Of a DNA stretch of 15,096 nt, positions 7,725 through 15,096 are shown piece by piece; position 1 is the stretch's first letter; each line of letters starts with the position of its first letter. Origin of the DNA: an uncultured Nitrososphaerota archaeon (GTDB taxonomy: Archaea > Asgardarchaeota > Njordarchaeia > Njordarchaeales > Panguiarchaeaceae); assembly GCA_964636085.1 (NCBI GenBank), contig CAZWPQ010000046.1, positions 1 to 15,096 on the forward strand, written 5' to 3'. The translations under genes were made by a program, and so were the position numbers. A model generated the notes under the pieces. It worked only from the letters and a program-made list of their open reading frames with translations. It was not told the origin of the DNA and did no database searches.

Positions 7725-10037
7725 CTATTCTAATCTATACTCTACATATGTAGCGAATCTATTTGATTCACGCAATTTTGCCCCAACCAGCTCGGTGTTT
7801 GGATCCGCATATATTCGAAGACCCTCCATTCTTCTCAGGGGTGAGAGATCAATACTGTCAAGTGTACTTATGCATATCCAGAGCTCCTCAAGGTTTCGGC
7901 ATTCTGCTAATGGGGAAAGATCAAGCTCTTCTATCTCGTTGCCCGAGATGCTAAGTACCCTCAGGTTTCTACAATTAGATAGGGGAGACAGGTCCACATA
8001 TTCTAGGTTGTTCATGTCAAGCCATAAGCATTCGAGTTTAACACAGTCGGATAGGGGTGAAAGATCTATCGTATTTAGCCTATTTCCCGATAATTCTAGC
8101 CATCTTAAATATTCACAATGTGAGAGGGGGGATAGGTCTATTCTTTCGATAATATTATTGCTGAGTGATAATTCCTCCAATCGTTGACATATAGAAAGCG
8201 GAGACAGGTCTATTTCTCTTATCCTATTCCCCGCTAGTCCAAGTATTCTAAGTCTTTTGGAGAGAGGCAAACGGGCTAGGTCTATTTCTTCAAGTTTGTT
8301 ATAATTTAGGTATATCTCCTCTATTGTAGGATACACGGCAAGCACCATAAGATCCACACTAGCGATGCCTAGACCCGATAAGTCTATCCCAAAGATACGT
8401 CCATCCCTAGCCATAATTCTTCTCTTTACTGCATTTGTATCGATTCCTAGATTATTGGATAGGGATTTCAGAATCTCATCTACCTTAACGATCTTCTTTA
8501 TTTTCCCATCAATTATCTTGTATCCAAGTTTCTGTATGATCAATTTTGTATCCTCTGGGTGTATCTTGACCATCTTTACGATGGTATCTATGCTTTTCCC
8601 GTCCAAGTTTAGTTTACTCAGGTATTTTCTAACATTATTAAGGAGGCCCTTCCTATACCATAGATTAGAATTAGATGGCGATCTCTCGGCGTGTTTTTTT
8701 AGTAGGGCTATCAAATCCTCTTTTTCGAGGCCCTCTACTTCACTCGTCAGTATCCATCCTTTCGTTCTTAGTGTATCCAATATGTTGCTCACGCGCTGTT
8801 CCCAGTAGTTCCTGCCGTACCACATGCCACTTCTCAGGGATGGAACCGCAGAATCTTTCAGTATTTCCTCGAGGTCTTCCTTCAATATCTTTAGCTTCTT
8901 TATCTCTATGTCTGAAACGATTATCTTTGGATTATTAACTAATTTCTCCTTAACCTTGTTGATGTGATCTATGCTGTAATATACTCCTGGGCGCTTAGAT
9001 GGGACTGCATATTCGCTTAGAGCCAAATATGTCTCTACATCCTCTTTAGATATGTCCAGTTTTTTCGCCAGGATCCCCACGGTAACAACCTTCATCTGCC
9101 TTAGCAATTTTTCTATGGAGCCCAATGGTCCACTAGAAATTTCTTCATATGTAGGCTCATATTCCTTGGCTCTATGTATTGGTGATCCATACTCTATGGG
9201 TCTCGGAGAAACAATGGATGCATGCCTCTTCAAGGATTCTACTACTATCCCGATATCTAATGGTCTATCCTCCTTCTTCTTCTTTAAGCAGGCCAGAATA
9301 ATTTTTTGGAGCCACTCAGGAGAATGCTCCATTGGTTCGAGCTCTCCCTGCGTTATCTTTGCAATCAATTCTAGAGGAGATAGAAACGATGATATTGGAG
9401 GTTTACCCTCGACCATTTCATATAGGAGACATCCAAACTGCCATATGTCTGTTCGCCAGTCAACTCCACCAAATTTCTTTGGATATATCTGCTCTGGGGC
9501 ACTATAGAGTGGAGTCCCTGGATACTTACTAACCGTCGCTGAGACCTTCAATAACATTACTGCTATTCCAAAATCGGAAATCTTTGGAATATCATTCTTA
9601 AAGAGTATGTTCTCAGGTTTTATATCCATATGTACAATCCCATGGTGGTGTATCTTGCTCAATGCCTCGGCGATTTTTATTCCTATGGCTATGGCCCTAT
9701 CCAGCGGGAGTGGGCCACTTTTAAGTAGTGTTCTCAGGCTATAGTCACAGTACTCCATGGCTATCCATGGAATGGGATTTGTATCGTACTCCTCGACATA
9801 TACTATGTCATCCGGATATTTCTTACTCAATATTTTCCATGTTTGGGCTTCCCTAAGGAATTTTTCGATATCATCTTTTGTTAGTGTCTCCGTCACTTCC
9901 AATGATGGTATCTTGATAGCATACTTTTCTCCATTCTTCTCAGCAAGATACACACTAGAGGATCCTCCTCTTCCAATGCATCTCAGTATTTTATAGCCAG
10001 TGACCTCGGCAAACAACTTTGCCGATATACCTCTCAT
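7725..10037 (-). CDS. Hanks-type Ser/Thr protein kinase with central tandem repeats and C-terminal leucine-rich repeats
   Basis: GRGGSSSVY, AIK, FLREA, HMDIKPEN, SDFG, GTPLYSAPE and DIWQFG kinase motifs; about 8 LRRs of 24 aa (LxxLxLxxNxIxxIDLSPLxxC). Confidence 0.93.
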   Translation of the reverse strand: MRGISAKLFAEVTGYKILRCIGRGGSSSVYLAEKNGEKYAIKIPSLEVTETLTKDDIEKFLREAQTWKILSKKYPDDIVYVEEYDTNPIPWIAMEYCDYSLRTLLKSGPLPLDRAIAIGIKIAEALSKIHHHGIVHMDIKPENILFKNDIPKISDFGIAVMLLKVSATVSKYPGTPLYSAPEQIYPKKFGGVDWRTDIWQFGCLLYEMVEGKPPISSFLSPLELIAKITQGELEPMEHSPEWLQKIILACLKKKKEDRPLDIGIVVESLKRHASIVSPRPIEYGSPIHRAKEYEPTYEEISSGPLGSIEKLLRQMKVVTVGILAKKLDISKEDVETYLALSEYAVPSKRPGVYYSIDHINKVKEKLVNNPKIIVSDIEIKKLKILKEDLEEILKDSAVPSLRSGMWYGRNYWEQRVSNILDTLRTKGWILTSEVEGLEKEDLIALLKKHAERSPSNSNLWYRKGLLNNVRKYLSKLNLDGKSIDTIVKMVKIHPEDTKLIIQKLGYKIIDGKIKKIVKVDEILKSLSNNLGIDTNAVKRRIMARDGRIFGIDLSGLGIASVDLMVLAVYPTIEEIYLNYNKLEEIDLARLPLSKRLRILGLAGNRIREIDLSPLSICQRLEELSLSNNIIERIDLSPLSHCEYLRWLELSGNRLNTIDLSPLSDCVKLECLWLDMNNLEYVDLSPLSNCRNLRVLSISGNEIEELDLSPLAECRNLEELWICISTLDSIDLSPLRRMEGLRIYADPNTELVGAKLRESNRFATYVEYRLE
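7800..8396 (-). repeat. LRR-coding tandem repeat with 72-bp period
   Basis: IDLSPL/VDLSPL/LDLSPL recurs every 24 residues. Confidence 0.85.
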
Positions 10038-10328
10038 ATATCAAACCATAACAACTAACAAAAACTATTAAAAAACAGATAAAAATCGGAAGGAAAGTAA
10101 ACAGAATTTCTATCATCACCCAGAATGGGGCTATCTCAACAAAGTAAATAGATAATGACACCAAAAAACTTACTCCCTATTGATTATAAGGCTCTTTTGA
10201 TCACTATTGACAACATTACCATGATCAGAATGCTTATAAGTAGGGGGCTTAGTAATACACTCAACTGTATTATCGCTGGTATTGTATCCATTCATTCCTC
10301 ATGACTGTAGAGACCCTGTTACATTTTC

Positions 10329-11134
10329 TCATAGATTCAATAATTTTCCAGCGTTTCTGTATAGGATATTTTCTTTGTCCTCCTCGCCTATTGGGAGAGC
10401 TTTTATTATCTCTATCTGCTTTTTTTGCTCCATATTCCTCTGGTGTGAGACCAAGAACATAATCACTCCCAAATATGAACTTTTCTGAGCCAAGGGCCCT
10501 AACATACTCTGCGAACAAGTCCAGACCGATCCTCATCACCGTTGTTATTAGGCTATAAGATGTATCTACATAGACATTGGGATTTGTTGCGATCTCTAAG
10601 GCATCCTCAAAATGAAAAGAACCACCCATATGAGCCAAAATAATTAACGTTTCTGGCGAGATAAAGGGAAGCAAAGCATAGTCCTCAGCACTATTTAACC
10701 AAGGTGCTGGATATGCCTTAAAATATAGTGTAGAGAAATCCCCAAACATCGTATGGATTATAACAGGGACGCCAAGCTCTCCAGAAAATCTAAGAACTCG
10801 CCAAACATGAGGACTTCTCAAACAGAAACCCTGCATTCCAGGGTGAAGCTTAAGGCCCCTAAGCCCCAGTTCTTGTATCGCATACTTAAGTTCTTTTATA
10901 GCAAAATCTGCTGGATTAGGCACAACTGACGCAAAACCAATAAGTCTCTTAGGATCATAATCCACAACCTTCGACACATACTCGTTGGAGATATAGGGCA
11001 CAACAGGCAAAACAACAGCTATCTCTATACCCCCTATTCATCCACTCTATTAGTTGCTCAGCAATCTTTTCAGCACTAATACCCCTTTCTTCGGCATCAA
11101 ATGGTGGATGTACATGAAAATCTATAACCCTCAT
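10329..11134 (-). pseudogene. Amidohydrolase family (Amidohydro_2-like) gene broken by two homopolymer frameshifts; may be sequencing error
   Basis: MRVIDFHVH (HxH), GLKLHP, IIHT, LAHMG, YVDTS and FGSDY motifs. Removing one G from G5 (11030-11034) and one A from A7 (10420-10426) gives one 267-aa ORF ending ...DKENILYRNAGKLLNL*. Confidence 0.8.
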
Positions 11135-11184
11135 CGATAATCCCCTATAGAGTAGCATAAAAAAGTCTTCATTAGAGATCTTGC

Positions 11185-11811
11185 CTATTCAAGAGTCCTT
11201 TTTAGGGCCTCCATCACTATTTTGAGGAAGTCTTTCCGACTTTTCCTCGCGAAGAATTTCTCTAGTGTTGCTAAGAACTCAGATTCTAGAGAATCATACT
11301 CCTCCCTCCACCGCCAAATAAACAACGGAAAACCGAAAACCTCAAGCATTCTTGTACCCTCGGCTTTTGGGGAGTCTCTAAGGTACTTTACTAATTCAAT
11401 AGTGTTGAGCAGTCTATAGCCCATATGAAGCCAAAATTTGATAGCGTTTAGATCCTGTGGAAGAACCATAATGTATGCTGCATTATCCCTAGCCCCTATG
11501 TATTGTTCTGCCGCCTTTACAAGTTCCTTACCAATACCACGACCCCGAAACTCTGGCCGAACAAAGATCTCCTCAATCCAGTATGCTCCCTCTCTTTCGC
11601 TAATCCTTACGAACCCAGCGGGGGAATTATCGACGAGGGCAATAAAGAACTTATCACCCTTCCCGAGAAAACTCTCTATGTCACGTCTATAATCGCTAAT
11701 ATCCCCACTTGGTAGGCCTTGTCTACTTCTCAACTCCTTATAAAACAGGTAATAAAGGGCTACGATGGTATCTTTTGATATACTAGATTCATCAACAATC
11801 TGTATTCTCAA
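11185..11811 (-). CDS. GNAT-family N-acetyltransferase
   Basis: IEEIFVRPEFRGRGIGKELV acetyl-CoA-binding motif A and NAIKFW...GY motif B; TTG start with AGGTGA SD upstream; 50 nt upstream of the amidohydrolase, so probably co-transcribed. Confidence 0.9.
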   Translation of the reverse strand: MRIQIVDESSISKDTIVALYYLFYKELRSRQGLPSGDISDYRRDIESFLGKGDKFFIALVDNSPAGFVRISEREGAYWIEEIFVRPEFRGRGIGKELVKAAEQYIGARDNAAYIMVLPQDLNAIKFWLHMGYRLLNTIELVKYLRDSPKAEGTRMLEVFGFPLFIWRWREEYDSLESEFLATLEKFFARKSRKDFLKIVMEALKRTLE

Positions 11812-12080
11812 TTCTGTTCACCTAGTAAAAAAGCGGTAGGACGTGACCTAAGAGTTCCATAATTTGAATATATAATCCCACATATATAATTAGCCAGACG
11901 ATGTTGCGGGGAGGTATGAAAATATGGGCAAGATATTAATTAAGGTAAGAAATCTGTTTTGGATATGGAAATTGATTTGATCTGACTTTCATGTATTGTT
12001 ATAAGAAATTAAGAGAAAAATAAGGTATTGGAAAGAAAACAACGAAAAAGTAGACTTCGTAATTACGGATGTAGGACACC

Positions 12081-12305
12081 TCATAGCGGCGATATAGGTG
12101 ACAGAAACCCTAAGAGTCCTAGAAACACAAAAAAGAGAGATAAAACCACTAATAAAATAGCGGGCAGGTTCGGAGTAGAAAATCTACTAATAATAACCAA
12201 ACATGAGGAACAAACAATAAATACAGGGATGGCAAAGATAACAGCGATACCATTCTGGAAATTCGCATTAGACCCCTCTAAATATATTAGCCAAGGCCTG
12301 CTCAA
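12081..12305 (-). pseudogene. Possible fragment of a membrane protein gene (two hydrophobic helices)
   Basis: 74-aa ORF with two TM-like segments, a TTG start just after an in-frame stop and no clear SD. Confidence 0.3.
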
Positions 12306-12645
12306 AACCTAGAATTTAAGTGAATCCCCCTGCATAATCATAAGATTGCCACACAAATATTATTAACTCCCTTTCCAACCCAAATTTTATCCCGATGGAG
12401 GATATTTGAGGCTCTCAGAAGAAAATATCCCCCAATTAGGAGCTTTTATGTTCTCCTAAGATATAAACATAGAGGTACTGCTTTGGAATATAATAGTACA
12501 CATATTAGATACGGAGAAGAAGGATCCTCTTAATCAATAGTGCCGCCATTATTTGTATGGGTATAGTGCATGTCCTATGAGCATATCTATAGGATTTTGA
12601 GAAGAGTATAGATATAAATGTATCGTATGTTTTTCTCCAGTTCTC

Positions 12646-13041
12646 CTAATAGCTAATAGCAAGGGGATATAGGTAGGGAATTATGGTCCCATTTTTGTGT
12701 TTTGTCATTACGGTAGCATAGACAATTATTTTATCCCCATATTTTATCCCTTTTGTCCATTGGCCTCTAGCAACAACATATATCCAAGCTGTCTCATCCG
12801 CAATTATCCAGTCGCTCCTAGTTACTGGAGGCCCCGATAAGGCTGGGCCTGGCAGATTACTGGGTATTTTCCATCCGCAATACCAGCCATCAATAAGAAC
12901 TTCTGCTCCATCATAATCCTCAGGATGACTGAGTATATCTATTATCTTTACTCTCTTAGATATATGCATACTTATCGACCAACAGACCAAAACTATAGGA
13001 ACAACCACCAAAAATATCGCACCTAAAGTCCTTCCCGACAT
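12646..13041 (-). CDS. Membrane-anchored OB-fold-like protein
   Basis: N-terminal TM helix, then IIDILSHPEDYDGAEVLIDG ... IIADETAWIYV ... GDKIIVYATV, a pattern typical of extracytoplasmic OB folds. Confidence 0.7.
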   Translation of the reverse strand: MSGRTLGAIFLVVVPIVLVCWSISMHISKRVKIIDILSHPEDYDGAEVLIDGWYCGWKIPSNLPGPALSGPPVTRSDWIIADETAWIYVVARGQWTKGIKYGDKIIVYATVMTKHKNGTIIPYLYPLAISY

Positions 13042-13565
13042 CTTAAGCCCAATAAAAGTTAGAAAATGTATTTTTATAATTAATACTATTTCTCCAAATG
13101 TTGTTTTTATAAAGGTATATGGTAATGAAAAAATTTAATGATAAACGGTTTAGTGATCCAGGGATTTATCTCGGATACATAAAATTTTTCTAGACCCTCT
13201 GGCCAGGATATCGATGTATTACTCGTGATAATCATATTACCAAACATATACACGGATTCCTAAATATACCCTATGAACCCCTCCTTCTTTACCCCCTACT
13301 AACAAATTTGTGCTATTATTCATTATTGTCAAAATTTTCTCTCGTTTCATGAGGCATTTACACATTAGATATTTGTCTGTCTCCTGCCATCCACAAGTAA
13401 TATAACGATATTATGTGTCGTAGATCATTAATCCATTTACAGCCCCAGATCAATTAAGCCATATATCTAAAAATTATTGGGAACATTTAATTAGGCCATT
13501 GAAGTCGATTTGCTTACATGTAGTAATGTTTTTCCTGTACTGGTTACCAGGGTTTTTATGGATGA

Positions 13566-14393
13566 TTATGCTTTTTTAATGAAGTATATCCCTCCTATAT
13601 ACTCTGTTACTATGCCCAATATTCTTATATATTGCAGTAGTGGAACCCAGCCCACGTATCCAATCATATGCCCGATATCTATAACCACGGAGATACACAC
13701 CAACATTGTGATAACTAGACATATTTTGACGATGATTTTGGATATGTATGTATATCCGATACCAACGAGTAATGCGGCAACAAGCAATACTGATCCTATG
13801 TATAGAAAGAACATACAGACTGCGTCCAATATCCTGTTTCCAGCTGAGACCCCCAGCATATTCTTTACAAAATCGAAGATTCTAGGATCACTACTTAATC
13901 CAGCAATCATGGTGACTAAGGAGACTGCTCCAAGTAGTATCGTCCACTTATAGGTTTTGAATGTTGCCATAAATGAAAGCAAAACGCCAAAGCCAACTAA
14001 GCCAACTTCAACACTCAGTATCCTAAATGCGAAGAATAAATTGTTTATATCCTCATACGCCAAACCAACATAGCTCTGTATTATTGGACCCAAGAAAAAT
14101 ATCCTACCAAATAATGAGGCCAGCGATATGCCTGCCCCATAACGTATGAGCCAGACCCCTAGACCTCGTATCTTGGACAATAATAAACTGCCAATTATAA
14201 CCGTAATCCCTCCCCCCATCGCTAAGTAGACAAGAATACTCTCTATTAAGAACCCATAGTTTTCTGATATTAGATTAATATCGACAGCATAGTCGATTAT
14301 AGTACCATAGATCCCCATTGTTCCTGTATAACCAACAACAAGGAGGATTATTCCCCCCGCTATACCCATTATTGTTCTAATCCCAAGCGTCAT
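13566..14393 (-). CDS. Gly-rich multi-pass membrane protein with apparent internal duplication
   Basis: About 8 hydrophobic helices. Start placed at MTLGIRT (14393); the ORF track extends to 14498. Confidence 0.8.
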   Translation of the reverse strand: MTLGIRTIMGIAGGIILLVVGYTGTMGIYGTIIDYAVDINLISENYGFLIESILVYLAMGGGITVIIGSLLLSKIRGLGVWLIRYGAGISLASLFGRIFFLGPIIQSYVGLAYEDINNLFFAFRILSVEVGLVGFGVLLSFMATFKTYKWTILLGAVSLVTMIAGLSSDPRIFDFVKNMLGVSAGNRILDAVCMFFLYIGSVLLVAALLVGIGYTYISKIIVKICLVITMLVCISVVIDIGHMIGYVGWVPLLQYIRILGIVTEYIGGIYFIKKA

Positions 14394-15096
14394 AACTAGC
14401 TTTACTAGAAATTTTATCGGCCTGAGAAGCAACATCTTTATCCTCTTCAATCTACATCCCCGACAGACCTCACTTTGGCTTTTTCGGCGATAAAACAAGA
14501 TATAATCTCAATTATCAGATATAAATGAGAAAAGTAGGGATATCCTTAATGCAATAAAAACTAGAATATGACTGCTTTTATCCATGTTTACTACATTGCA
14601 TATATAAATCTATATGTTTCGCTCTAGATAGGATGATTTACTGGTAATGTTTGCCCCCTTTGGGATATCATCATAAAGACCTTTCACTTATAAGTATACA
14701 TTATCTTAGTTAACTATTTCCACAATGACGGCTTTTTTATTGCCCATCCATCTATGCCAATCTATACTCATTGTCTATCATGGATACCATACATCTAGTC
14801 CACATTAAATACCCTAAGATCCATGGCAAAACTAAGGATACCATCTAACTAGGAACATAATTAACTAGCGCTGATGAATTTCTTCTATAATCTAGCGTAC
14901 ATTTCGTTCATTGTTTTTCTTTATATAATACTCTCATTTCTACTAACTTGTTTTAAAAGATTTTTTCTTATTCTAATCATTTTCGATCCTTTGGGGGTTC
15001 AAATTGAGAAAATACCTGATTTGGACTCTATTGGTCGCGTTGCTGGTAGGTTCTTCCATCGGATCTACCAGCGGACTACATAATATGGATCATCTG

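Noticed and set aside
7763-9996. Plus-strand ORFs within the kinase gene, including the repetitive 7795-8187
   Set aside because: They are antisense to the kinase, and the periodicity just mirrors the LRR codons.
14874-15083. 69-aa plus-strand hydrophobic ORF, or a minus-strand transposase remnant
   Set aside because: The hydrophobicity follows from T-rich composition, and the minus frame has several stops and no convincing DDE motif.
1-15096. CRISPR array, rRNA, tRNA, integrase or att sites
   Set aside because: No regularly spaced direct repeats outside the LRR coding region, no cloverleaf and no recombinase motifs were seen by eye.

Overview
AT-rich, low-coding-density archaeal window. 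GGTG-type ribosome-binding sites, TATA/BRE-like promoters, a PaREP1 protein and a PriS-like primase point to archaea; a thermophilic Asgard-like lineage is only an inference from the kinase-LRR protein. Contents in order: the 5' part of a secreted beta-helix-like surface protein gene with a long leader hairpin, a membrane protein, a PaREP1/HEPN protein, an S9 acylaminoacyl peptidase, a PD-(D/E)xK-like domain fused to a PriS-like primase, a GC-rich ~95-nt structured element with K-turn/C-D-like motifs, a divergent unknown helical protein, a non-RD Ser/Thr kinase with tandem internal repeats and LRRs, an amidohydrolase with two frameshifts, a GNAT acetyltransferase, a membrane-anchored OB-fold protein and an internally duplicated membrane protein. 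The best candidate for an undescribed system is the primase-nuclease / structured element / unknown ORF module (5564-7698). Second is a pseudoknot-like element downstream of the HEPN gene. All calls come from reading the sequence by eye; no searches or folding programs were run.
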